DNA from: Camelus dromedarius
Lineage: Eukaryota
DNA: 64,000 bases
Assembly: GCF_036321535.1 (NCBI RefSeq)
Contig: NC_087437.1
Location: 33,792,001 to 33,856,000, forward strand
Reading direction: 5' to 3'
The notes beneath the pieces were generated by a model that was given only the letters and a program-made list of their open reading frames with translations, ran no database searches and was not told the origin of the DNA. Below are positions 25,861 to 37,705 of the stretch, piece by piece (position 1 is the stretch's first letter; every line of letters starts with the position of its first letter). The position numbers and the translations under genes were made by a program.

Positions 25861-27269
25861 GGATCTCTTAGGCATTGATTCCGAACAATCCCATGACTCT
25901 TCTATTCTGTTTAAAAGGCACATTTGTAGATACTGGGGTTGATAGCATTGAGTTTCCTTTTTTTTTTCTTTTTTCATTTCTTAAACATTAACCTTGGAGG
26001 TTAGGTCAATGCAGAATTGAATGACACAGAAAATGAGAGTAAAGGAAAAAAGAAGAAATGGAAATTATTGCAGTATTTTTCCCCATATACTTCCTGTCTA
26101 CAAGACAAAATAACTTGTGCTTAGATTTGAGGAATACTACCACAAACTAGCTTGTCAGAATGACAGAAACTGACCGATTTTCAAGATATTGAAGGCACAG
26201 AGTCTACCACACCATGCATTTCAAAATATTTAAGATTCTGCTATGGTCTAAATGTACCGTTCTTGCAGCAAATTTCCATATTCATAAATTATACATAGAT
26301 CCACATTATCATCCTATCTATGTAGTCATCCATCCATCTATGAAGTAGCAACTTTATCCTGAGGGCTCTACCAGGATTCCAATTTGAGGAACCTGTGCAG
26401 AACAGCCTGAAAACCCAAAGCCCTACTTTGTTATGGCTATTAATTAAGCATTCATAAATGCCAGGCATTTCCAGAACCTGCACAGATACAGGACCTCTCG
26501 CTTTGGCTTCTACTGGAGCTAACGTGACTAAACGGCAGTCTGTCCCAACTGGAGGAAGGAGCCGATGAGGACAGTGCCTGTGCTGAGCTGTGGTGGGGAG
26601 GGCTGACGCCCAGAGCTGGAGCTGCTTCAGACACTCCAGAGTAGAATTATAACCACTGTCTCTTTACAAGGCTATTGTGATGTCTCATAAAATATTTACT
26701 GGATGAAATACAGAATGTCCCACAAATGTTATCAAATATTTTCAATAACAACAAAAATATAACAAAATAAAATAAGGGTGGAGAAAAGATGCTCACTTGC
26801 ATGGAAATTCAGTTTGGCCAAGACAGGACATCAGCAGATGTACTTTTTGCCACTCCTTTGCCAGCAGCAGGACTTCGCTCCCTTGTCAAGAAACTCAGAC
26901 AGATAAGGGCCCAGTGATCTCCATATGGCTTCACCACTGGCTCGGGGTTCATTTGAATGTCTCTAAGAGATAGTGTTCTCTAGAATCAAAATTAGTGGCA
27001 GAAAAAGAGTCAAAGCTAGGACCCCTTCCTAGGCACTTTCCATGATCTATGTGTTTCTCAAAACTATGAACTAATTCAGCATTCATATCACGTCTCTTGG
27101 GCACTTATCTAAAAATCTGTTTCTTTTTAGAACTCCAGCCTATGTCCTAAAAGCCTGCTTTGGAGTGTGCCTCACCACTCTTCATTACCTCAGTTCTACA
27201 ATTCATGTTAAAAGCTAAGCGATGTCGATGGTACTTTCTTGTAGATAAATATTAAAAATTATTTGGGAA

Positions 27270-27359
27270 ATGTTCATAGCAGCATTATCTACAATAGCCA
27301 AGTTATGGAAGCAACCTAAATGCCCATCAACAAAAGAAGATGTGGTGTGTATATATACA

Positions 27360-27429
<70 letters not shown>

Positions 27430-27765
27430 TCAGTCATAAAAAAAGAATGAAATTATGCAGCAACATGAATGGACCTAGAGATTATCATATTAAGTGAAGT
27501 AAGTCAGACAAAGACAAATAACATATGATATCACCTATATGTGGAATCTAAAATATGATACAAATGAACTTATTTACAAAACAGAAACAAACTCAGACAC
27601 AGAAAACAAACTTGTGGTTACCAGGGAGGGAAGGGGAGGGATAAATTAAGAGTCTGGGATTAGCAGATACAAACCACTATATATAAAATAAACGACAAGG
27701 TCCTACTGTATTGCATAGGGAACTATATTCAATATCCTGTAATAAGCCATAGTGGAAAAGAAAAA
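27270..27765 (+). mobile_element. L1 ORF2 C-terminus and partial 3' UTR, with an internal microsatellite
   Basis: [21 protein letters not shown]; gtggaatctaa stop region; ends at gtggaaaagaaaaa. Confidence 0.93.
27361..27426. repeat. Compound microsatellite (TG)13 TATG (TA)18
   Basis: Read directly from the sequence. Confidence 0.98.
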
Positions 27766-27780
27766 CAATTATTTGAGGAG

Positions 27781-28596
27781 GACTTCTGCTTCTGGGAACA
27801 TGGAGTAGATGTACCTTTGCCTATTCCTCCCTATGAGTACAACTACAAATCCTGGACATTATATTTAAAATAAACATAAGAAGACACTGAAAAGAGGAGA
27901 AAAGCAAGCAGAATGGCTAGGCACCCAGGGACCCACAGAATGATACAGTGCTGAGTTTCCTCGGTTTTCTTTCCTATGTCCCAGACTTAGAGCTAAAGAA
28001 GGCAGCCACCCAGAAACACCAATGGGTGCAGGCAAAAAACCCCCAAAAAGCCTCAACAAAGGCCAGCTCTCTCCGGCCAAAAGGACAGCAAGGGACAACC
28101 TAATAAGACAAAAAACTTTTAGACACTAACCACTCTATTCCAGCTTGACACTACTAAAACACTGTAGCCCCTGCCTGCCCGTGGCAGCAGAGACCCACTG
28201 GGGAGCCTAGACTTCTGCCCTCTGGAAACTGTAATGAGGAGCCCAAGACCCTCACCCCAGTGTGCGAGGAGGCCAAGAAAAGTGCTGGACTTTCATCCCC
28301 ACGGAGCAGGAACTAGCTGCCCAGCTTTACCCATGTTAGCAAAGGACATCACGGAGAAGCTGGGATTTCCAATCTCACCTCCTAGATCATTCTAAAATGT
28401 ATATGAAAAAGAATTTGAATATATGAAACAATTTCAAGAAAGAAAAATGAAGTGGGAGGAAACAGTCTGCCCAATTTCAAGACCTGTTCTCTAGCTACAA
28501 TAATCAAGACTGTGGTATGGGCAGAGTGATAGACATATAGGTCAATGAAGGTGAGTCTACAATTCTCTCAGAATGAAAAGTTTAACTTTTAAAAAG
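27781..28596 (+). mobile_element. Internally deleted old L1 (L1MC/MD type): 5' UTR, ORF2 piece and 3' terminus
   Basis: 5' start gacttctgcttctgggaacatggagtagatgtac; ORF2 piece attctaaaatgtatatg...aatcaagactgtggtatggg...gatagacatatag; 3' end gtgagtctacaattctctcagaatgaaaagtttaa. Confidence 0.7.
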
Positions 28597-30959
28597 TCAT
28601 TTGTGCTACAACCAACTTGTTCATGTAGGGCTCATTTATTCTTTTCTTTTTATGAACGTGTATTTACATGGAAAATATTATGGAGGAGTTGAGGGGTTTT
28701 CTCCTTATACAAAATCTTCACAAGTTGGAGAAATCATTATTTAAGCATGTAAATTAAATTGTGGGTCATGTTTATATAACACTTAGCTTCATATTTTAAA
28801 ATATTTTGAATATGATTTATGAAGTCAAAATCCAGATGCAAAGCCAAAAGTCAGCCAACTATCTAGATAGTCTTAACTTGACTAGGTTATCTAGATAATT
28901 TTGCAATGTGACCAAATAACAACAACTTGTAAATTCAGCAATAAGTGTTCTATTTACAGTTGTACTTTGCAAATTAATCATATATTAGCTTAAGTGAGAC
29001 CTGGAGTCCGAATTACCTATGTCAACAAATAATAAGATTGAGATGGTCAGGGCTACATTGTAAAATATACACATAATAATTATGACACATTCTTATTTAA
29101 AAAATGCATACTCTCAAAATTCACAGCCATTATTCTTAACTGATGGGACCTAATTTTAATTGAGGACAGCTCACTAAATGCAAATTTGCATTAATTAATA
29201 CAGTTGGTGATTGTTCTTTTCTGATACAGGGATCTATATTCAGTTTTAATCAAAAACCACACCATCCAACTGGTTAACTCAGTTTTTACTCTTAATGCAA
29301 TAGTTCGTTGACTTGCAAACAGTCCATATTTAAAAGTGGTGCCTACTCCAGCAACATTTCTATAAAACTGTCCATTTTGATCCTCATATGTAATTCTAAT
29401 ATCACATATGTGTACAGCACTTTAGAAATTAAAGCCACATTCACAAAAGCTATCACATTTGTCCCTCCAACAACCCCTTAACTGGAATCATTGTGCAGGT
29501 TTTCTGGGGAGTGTAAGTGACTTTCCAAAGGTTACACAGCAATGAAGCCCAGCAAAGACTCCAGCCCACGTGTCATAGCTCCAAGTCGAGCAACTTTTCC
29601 CAGTCACCAAACTGACTTCCTGTAGGTGAATATTTCAAATTCACAAAGCAATCCAACTGATTGAATAGTACTTTCAACAGGAATCAATATTCCTATGGCA
29701 ACACCTTCAGGAAAGATGAAAAGTTGTATTTTTAGAGCAGTGACCATTATGTATTTTGATGCGTACAATATCAGCTAAACATTATGGACATGTCTTTGAA
29801 ATGTGGGCTTAGCTGAGATGGCTAGTACATAGCTGCTTTGACTTCACCTGGAAAAGGGGAACTGTCTCTGAACTCAAAACATAGCAAAGCAGAGAAAAAT
29901 GAAGAGAAACGCGTACCTGAAAATGACTTGTTAATTGTTGCAAAATGTGAGTCACTGCTGTCTAATTTGTATCTCCCTAAGGCCTGGTATCCCTTAGTCA
30001 GTTAGACCCTGAAATCAGCATCTCTGCGTCAGTGAGTGCTTTTGGCTGGTCCGGCTCCTCCCTGGTAGGAACAGTAAGCGTTTGTCATAAGGAAATGATT
30101 ACACTGGTTTTATGCATGTTTTTAATCATTCCCCAGTTGTCCTCTCTCGCCCACTGGAGCATGTCTGTGTCCTCATTATTTGCATTCTCAACATGCCAAT
30201 TGCCTCTTTATTCTCTCCCCGAGCACCTCTTCTCTGAGGTGTCTCAGTGATGCATAATTGCCCGTGTCCAGCCTATAGATCAAACTCCAGTCTAATTTGC
30301 AAAACCGAGTAAATACAAAGTAGGTTGCACATAATTCAGACCTCATCTTGCAATGATTAAGTTATCTGATTCTAGCTTTCGCATTTTCTGGCTTTCCACT
30401 CAGTATTCTCCCCAGCGTCTCTTCACAGCAAGTACTTGCCAGGTCATTTTAGTTTTTCAAGTACTGTTTCAGCTTCTCTTTAAAAACGGTCACAAAAATC
30501 CTTGATTATTTAGAAGTCTAGGGGATGTGTTGCCTCCTTTTCCTGGACTTCTGAGTGCCATCCTGATGAGGATACGCTGGGGCACTTGATGTCTGTCATT
30601 CCCTCTTGAAACATGAGCGGATCCACGTTCTATTTTCGAAGGAAATAAGTAAAGCCAATTTTGTACCCCACGGAAAGGCTTTTAGTGCTTCTTGACATCA
30701 TCTTTTAAGAGGCCCAAATTTGTGTTTCTAACAGAGTCCTCCACAAATTCTTATTCAGTGAACAGAATAAAACGTGATGATGACAGGGCTGAAGAGCCAC
30801 CATTGCGGCTGAGAAGTCAAATCAGAAACATCAGGCGCTGCTCTGACCTAACCTGAGTCAGAAGTCAAACACCATGCTCTGCACCTGGTCGGAACGATGC
30901 AGTTGATGCAGGGCCTGCAGGAGGTCTGTGGATGAGTGGGCCAGTCCAAAGTTCTCTAG

Positions 30960-31200
30960 GGCCAGGATTCCTAAACTGTGGTCCCAGACAGAGCTTAGGA
31001 GTCTAGGAACACCTTTAAAACATGTGTGGAAAAGGGTAACTATATTCTAGGTGAGAGGTTCTCAAGGTGTGATCCCCAGAACAGCAGTGTCAACATCCCC
31101 TGAGAATTTGTTAGAACTGTGAGAAACTCTGGGGGTGGGGTCACCATGACCTGAGTTCTCACCAACCCTGATGCCTGCTGAAGTCTGAGAATCACAGTTC
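30960..31200. mobile_element. MER5-like MITE pieces
   Basis: ggttctcaaggtgtgatccccagaacagcagtgtcaacatcccctgagaatttgttagaa...ctgaagtctgagaatcac. Confidence 0.8.
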
Positions 31201-31204
31201 CAGA

Positions 31205-31710
31205 GAAAGGGTGGCTAGCTTTCCTCAGGCCGTCTAACCTCATCTCCTCCTGTTTCCTGCCTTGCTCATCTCAGCCACACTGCCTCCTTGTAACACCCTA
31301 GGCATGCCCTGCCCTGGGACCTTAGCACTGGCTGTTCCTTCTGCTTTAAACACTCTTCCCTCCTGTATCTGTGCAACCAACTCCCTTACCTTCTTTACAC
31401 CCTTGCTCAGATTCTAGCTTTCAATGACAGCTACTCCAATCACCCTATGTTAAATTATACCTTGTCTCTCCCCATCCCCACCAGCATTCCTAACCCCCTC
31501 TCTCCTGCTCTTTTCATTTTTCTAAAGCATGTGTCACTTCTTACCTATTAGATAATTCACTTGTGTATTATGCTTCTTGCTTGTTGTCTGTCCCCCACCT
31601 ACAGAATATAAGCTCCACGAGGGCAGCAGTCTTCACTTTGCTCCCTAAGTGACTGGAATGATGTTTAGTACATAGCAGGTACTCACTAAGTATTAAGTCA
31701 ATGAATGAAA
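31205..31710 (+). mobile_element. L2 (L2a-like) 3' end
   Basis: cagccacactg...gctgttccttctgc...agaatataagctccacgagggcag...catagcaggtactcactaagtatt...aatgaatgaa. Confidence 0.9.
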
Positions 31711-31999
31711 CACTCGAAAGAATCCAAGACCCTAAAAAGGGAGGAAAACACTGTCCCAGAGGCAATTTAGTAATCTTCTTTCACAGAGGAATCCTTTCTG
31801 ATAACCAGTGTACTTACCACTATTTTTGTGCTGTTACGTGAATCTAAGGAAATTAGATTCAGGAAAGCTGGAAGTAAACGATGTAGAAGAGGTTTGGGAA
31901 TGAAGATGGGCAGGAATTAGAAATATTTGTGCAAACTCTCTGTTTGATTATATATTTGCCTTTCAGATGATGATTTCTGAATTTTTGAAATAAATGTAT

Positions 32000-32140
32000 A
32001 TTAACTCATTTAATCCCCCAAGAAGCTTATAAGGTAAGCTTATAATACCTTAATACCTCACTTAATCCTCCTTTGATAGATAGAAACTTAGGCATAGAAA
32101 GGTTAAGATTTTGCCTAAGTTTACGCAGAATCAGAAGGTA
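32000..32140 (-). mobile_element. MIR SINE
   Basis: ttaactcatttaatcc...gaaacttaggcatagaaaggttaagattttgcctaag. Confidence 0.75.
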
Positions 32141-32159
32141 TATGGAAGAAATAGGGTTT

Positions 32160-32777
32160 TGTTACTGAACCATACTTCGGGCCACTTGCCTGTCGTGCAG
32201 CAAAGCCAATTTACTGGCACGCACTGGGTTGTGGTAAAAGAAAGTACAGCATTTACTGCAGGGCCCAGCAAGGGGAACAGGCAGCTCATGCTCAAAAGAA
32301 CCGAACTCCCTGAGAGTTTTCAGGGAAGGGTTTTTAAAGGCAACATTTGAGGTGAGGCTGCAGGGTATATGACTTTCTTCTGATTGGTTGGTGGTGAGGT
32401 GACAGGGTGGTTTTTGGGAATCTCAGTCCGTGACCCTTCTGGTTCCAACCAGCCTGGGGTCTCTGTAATCACCATTCTCCACCTGGGTGGGGATCTTATT
32501 TCCTGTAGAATAACTCAAAGATGCGTGTCAGATTGTTATGCATATCCCTCAAGGGGGAACTTGGACTCAGTTTTATTGCTGAACTATTGTTTATTGACTG
32601 CTTTTCCTTTGGCTTTGCATTCTCTCACTTCCCTAATTAGTAATTGCTTGTTTTCCGCTCTTTGGAACTCAGGAAGGGCCCATGACACCAAAGCCATTTT
32701 CTAGAAACAAGAACGAGGGACACAAAGGGGATTTTGTACCCAGGAGGGCCCCGTAGGTAGGGTCCTGCTTAGTTTCA
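32160..32777 (-). mobile_element. Solo ERV1 LTR, MER41-like (laurasiatherian type)
   Basis: TG...CA termini; the minus strand begins TGAAACTAAGCAGGACCCT. A CCAAT box (ATTGG on +, 32383-32387) and a TTTAAAAA TATA-like motif on the minus strand sit near 32331-32340. Confidence 0.8.
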
Positions 32778-34229
32778 ATCCCTTCTTCCTTTTTATATTC
32801 GCCAATCCTGAGAAGAACAGGGATCAGGACAAGAAAGAGAATAAAGTTTTCCTTAAAGATGCTAAGCATGAACTCAGCAGGCGAACTTGGTTTTAGGAGG
32901 ACTCAGGTTCAGTTTGAACCTAGCAGCCCAGGTCAACAGAACAGCTCTTACAGCTGTACTATATCAACTTCACCTTCCAAGGTTAATGAGTTATACCTAT
33001 GTGTTAGCATTTAAAATGCTTTATTATTTTTTATATAGTCCTATCTTCCCTGCCAACCTGAAAAATCCTAAAAGGGGCACCATTTCTCATTCATCATCTC
33101 TACTGACCCAGTGCTTAACAGAATGTTATTGGGTGGATGGATGGATGGATGGATGGGTGGGTGAGTAAACGGGTGGACGAATGGACAAGAATATAAGTTC
33201 CAGGCTGGCTACTCCATTCAGCTCTCAGATAAACAGTTCCCTGAAACTCTAGAAATGAATTAATCAGCTTTAGTTTTTCCTCAGCTTAAATCTGTCAAGT
33301 AAGCCTGAGGTTTTATAATTGCAGAAATGTGTAGGTGATCAGATAAGGGAAACTGAATGATAAGGACATTTGTCTCCCGGTAATTTTGGCCACAGGAATG
33401 TCTATTCCCCCAGCTATCCTGCTTCCTTCCCCAGAAGATAAAGAGCAGCAACAGCAGGGGAAGCAAAAGATTATTGCTGGGCTGTGCCCTTTCCTCTCCG
33501 TGGGAGTTTGGGAGGATGAGCCAGTTTAGCCACAAGACTGGTCTCCAATTTCCATATGTTATCAAGGACTTAGTAGTTAAAGTAAATTTTTTAAATTAAG
33601 CCTTGAATTGAAAGACTGCAGAAGGAATGCAAATTGCACATGACTGCCCGAGCATCCTAATGCGTCCTTTAATCTCATTCTTCCTTCTGGCCTCAGTCTC
33701 AGTTTACAGAATATGGCTTTCAGAAGACATTCATTAACATTTCAATGTAAGTTTTTACAAATGGATAGCATCTCAGCAGAGCCCCTGATGATGCTGTAAA
33801 GCTCAGCTTTCTCTCTAGGATGGCTCCTACTTGCCAGTCTCGTCTCCTGCGTCTGCTCCTGGGTTGGCCAGAACAAGGACGGATCCCATTTCCACTTTGG
33901 GCCTGAGGCTGGTCCAAGACCTTTCTCTGCAGATCTCACGGCTGCTGCTCTCAGCTGGGATTATGAGACTTGGAGCCCTTCCATCACAAATTCCAAATAC
34001 CCTTCTTAAAAGACTTCAATAACTCTTCTCAAAATAAACCGAGCGGCACCGGCATTTAGGAAATTTACTGGGCAGCAGCCAACTTCAGAAAGGTGGTTAT
34101 TTATCCTCATTAGAGGTACTGCCTGCACATCAGCAGAGAGAGAGCATCGCTCCACACCTGGGGCATCTAAGCCTGCAACTGCTGTTTCTAAGTCACTGCC
34201 TCCCGAATGCCAGTCCAAGGGCAAAGGCC

Positions 34230-34396
34230 GCTATGCCCCATCTGAACCACTGGGGAAACTTTTCCAAACACAGGTTCCTGAGCTGACCTCTGGAAATAGT
34301 GATTTATTAGGTTAGAAGTAAAACCCAGGAAGTCATCTGCATTTTTAAAGAACTCCTCCCACGATCCTGATGCACAATCAAGTTTAGAAACTGCTA
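34230..34396. mobile_element. MER5A-like MITE
   Basis: atctgcatttttaaagaactcctcccacgatcctgatgcacaatcaagtttagaaactgctag. Confidence 0.75.
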
Positions 34397-34429
34397 GTAA
34401 GACGTTTTGAGGCCTGTACCATCTTTAAA

Positions 34430-34700
34430 AATAACTAACTTTTAACAATGAAAGTATCTTTATTTTTATTGTGAAATATTAAATTCTCATGTTAACACTT
34501 CAAAAACCCAGAAAAACATAAACAAGAAACTAAATAGCACTCAAAAATTTTATTACCCAGAGGTCATTACTGTAAAGATTTTGGAGAACATTTTTCCTAC
34601 AACTTGACATGCAAATATATATAATTTAAAATAAATGTCAGTTTTCTTAGATAGACTCTACCCATGTGTAATACTCATTCTATTAACCAAAAGTATGTAT
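34430..34700 (-). mobile_element. L1ME 3' end fragment
   Basis: attacccagaggtcattactgtaaagattttggagaacatttttcc. Confidence 0.6.
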
Positions 34701-34986
34701 TCTAACACCAGGCTTTGGCAAATCTTTTTTTTTTTTTTTAAGCAGAATTAGAAATAATTAGAGCCTGCATGGCTCCTCAAACCAAAGAGAGTATACTGTG
34801 AAAAACTGTTAGACAGTAAATATTTACTAATATTCTCCCTTGTTTCATGTTAGCATTTTTCAAGTAAGTACTAGCCAGAGTATCAGCAAGTGAACCGCAG
34901 ACCTTCAAATAGTATTCATGAGTCTTAGAGCAGAGGGAAGAGAAGACAAATGTTAGACAAAAGTCAGGGCTGGTGAAGGGGGTATT

Positions 34987-35226
34987 GTTGCCAGATAAAA
35001 TACAGGATTTCAAATTTGAATTCCAGAGAAACCAATACTTTCTTGGTGTATATAGTATACATCCTGTGTATATTGTATGCAATAGGTATACTTATATATA
35101 GTATATATTGTATGTAATAAGTATATTGTGTATATTGTATGCAATTAGTATATTGCAGTTTGTTTTTATCTGAAATTCAAGGTTAACTAGGCATCCTGTA
35201 TTTTTATTTGCTAAATCTGGCAACCG
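34987..35226. mobile_element. MER53 palindromic hAT MITE with an expanded centre
   Basis: Left end gttgccagataaaatacagga...aaatttgaattccaga; right end ttatctgaaattcaa...taactaggcatcctgtatttttatttgctaaatctggcaacc. Confidence 0.9.
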
Positions 35227-35559
35227 TAGAGGAGGAGACCCAAGCTTGACTGGGGCAGAGTTGGCTGAGGGTAGAGGCAGAAGGTGGGCAGGTACAGGGC
35301 CAGACTCCAGATCCAAGATCAATGTCGTGGTAAAGACTCAGGAACTCTGACATGTCTGAGTCTAGCACTGCTCTGCCACATTGAGAAGTCAAATCCCACC
35401 GCAGCCACACCCCAGCTCAGTGCATAGTAGGAGCCACCATTCACCTAGCATGGTCAGCATCCTTACCAGTGCTCACGCCTTCTCTTTCTATTGTGTGTTA
35501 AATCTCCCTCTCCTAGTGCACCCTCTCAGGCTCAGTAACTGTTTACCTCAGGAAAGTTT

Positions 35560-35990
35560 CCTTTAGGAATGACTGTATTGCTTTCATTCTAATTCTTCTG
35601 GCTTCTTTCTTAAGAAAACATAAATCTTAAGTGGGAGCTCCCTTGATTGTCCTCCACATTTATCATTATCTCTCTCATCATTTTTAGTTCTTTTTTCCCT
35701 TCCTCTGCATCCTGGGGAAGCATCTCAAATTTGCCCAGGACTTGATTTTATGACTTCAACTCTGATTTTACTGTCTCCAGTATGGATTTATTCTGCCATT
35801 GCATGCTTAGCATCCTTACAATCTTGACTTATCTTACTCATATGTCTGTTTATCTCATCCTGTTCTCTTTTTCTCTCTCCTTATGTTTTCTGCTCTTGTT
35901 TCATAGACACTATATCTTTTTGTATCCTTCTAAAGACCCCAAATTGTATTCCAAAATTTCCTTTTGGTTCCAAGAGCCTGGTCAGGTATT
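35560..35990 (-). mobile_element. Old L1-type fragment
   Basis: T-rich antisense L1/HAL1-like motifs (tctgcatcctggggaagcatctcaaatttg). Confidence 0.5.
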
Positions 35991-37499
35991 CGTCAATAGA
36001 AAATGAGTGTGGGTCCCTCTTGGCCCAGCTCGCTGTCTGCTGGAGGGCAGGACATGTCCCTTTCTCACAGATACAGCAAAGACAGGTAGACGTGCCTCGC
36101 TACTGTCCCCTTCCCCACTATAGCAAAACTTTCATCATGGACGGCTTCTGCTGGACTGAAATAGGACCTTTTCATCCTCTGTTTCCTGTGTCTTGACTTG
36201 CTGAAAAGAAGGAATCCATAAAAATCTGTCATCTCCAAGGTGATTTGTTTCCAGGACTCTTTTTCCCCTGCCTGTCCTGTGGGTAAAGTATCTCTCAACA
36301 TGCATTTGCCACAATCTTTTCCTCACCCTCTATTCTCTGCCCTGGGCACTACCCCTGGAGATTCTAATTCAGTAGCTCTGAGAACTCAGATGTAGAAAGA
36401 CCCAGTTTGGGGTGTAGAGATTGGTGTAGACCTTTCATACCTAAAACAGAGACAGCAAATACAAGGGGAATTGAAAGGACTTCCCCTCAGCTTTCATAAG
36501 TGGGGCCCCAGTTGAATTTCCAGTTCTCTGGGCCTTATGGTTGGATTCTGGTTGTCTAATTAATTAATGCTGGCTTTTGGTAATGAAATAATTTTCCATC
36601 TTTTGATGAGTTTCCTGTCATCACAGGCATTTTAGACCAGAGAGGGCTAACCAGATTCCATTTGAATGCAGATTTCTGAGGATATGTTAGCTTGTTTTAT
36701 TTTAAGGTAATCAACTTCATATAAAGACATTTCACTATTGGAGTAACATTAATTTGACCATTGCTAGGAACAAAAAAAAAAAGTCCCTCGCCCTGGTAGG
36801 TGATATGTCAGAAAGCTAATAGAGACGAACGTGCTTGGCTGTGTTCTGTGGGATAGTAGTAAGATCTTTAAACTGATCCTCCCCTAATGCACTGCAGCAT
36901 AAAAGCCCGGAGCGAGACAGAAAAAGACAGCTGGGAACCTCAGGGCACAGAACGCAGCTATCGATGTGGAACGTCTAGGTTTCAGTGGTTTTGTGCTACA
37001 GCCAAATGCCTTCAAGCTTTAAGTTGTTTAAATCCTCAAATGATTAATAATTATATCCTGCACTATAAATTATAGTTTAGACAAACCTTCCAGATACTTA
37101 ACACCATCTAGGGCTCTTTCGTGTCTCTACGCGAGCTGTTTCTCTCCGTGCGAGCCCTGTGCCCTCCTGCACCTGGAGGCCCCTACAGATCCTTTTGGAC
37201 CCACATCCCAAGTTTGTGTCTCTCTGCAATCTCTCTTGCTCCCCAGGCAGTTTGTGGCTCCCTCCAGTTTGTCCATCCAACACTTTGTACCAAATTCCCC
37301 TCATAACGCAGTCATGGCTGGTTGTCCTTCTTGATGGTGGACACACACTTGACTAAAGGAACAGAGGAAAAGTAAGAAGAGGCTGGGACGTGTGCTCCCT
37401 TAAATAGCAGAAATAGTCTCTACTGGCCCGTCTGCTCTTCCAGAATGGATAATCTTGCCTGACCTTGTTTAAAAACAAATGGGGGGAACAAACTAATAG

Positions 37500-37705
37500 T
37501 TACCAAATATGCTGAAAGGTCTTTTTAGCTGTGTGCCCTCAAGCAAGATTCTTATGCGAGCCCCAGTTTCTTCATCCATAGCATGAGGATAGTACTAGAA
37601 ATCTCCTTACAGGATTGTTGTGAAAATTAAAGGAGGCAGTATTTTAGAGCACTTAGAAGAGTTCCTGGAACATAGTAAATGTTCAGTAAAAGTTAGCCAT
37701 TAATA
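37500..37705 (+). mobile_element. MIR SINE
   Basis: tagctgtgtgccctcaagcaag...cccagtttcttcatc...caggattgttgtgaaaattaaa...cctggaacatagtaaatgttcagtaaaagttagc. Confidence 0.9.

Noticed and set aside
30563..30612. Hammerhead-like CTGATGA...GAAA
   Set aside because: Bases after CTGATGA do not pair with those before GAAA, so stem II is missing.
30773..30856. C/D-box snoRNA-like GTGATGA...CTGA
   Set aside because: No terminal stem and no rRNA/snRNA guide that I can recognise; these motifs are common by chance.
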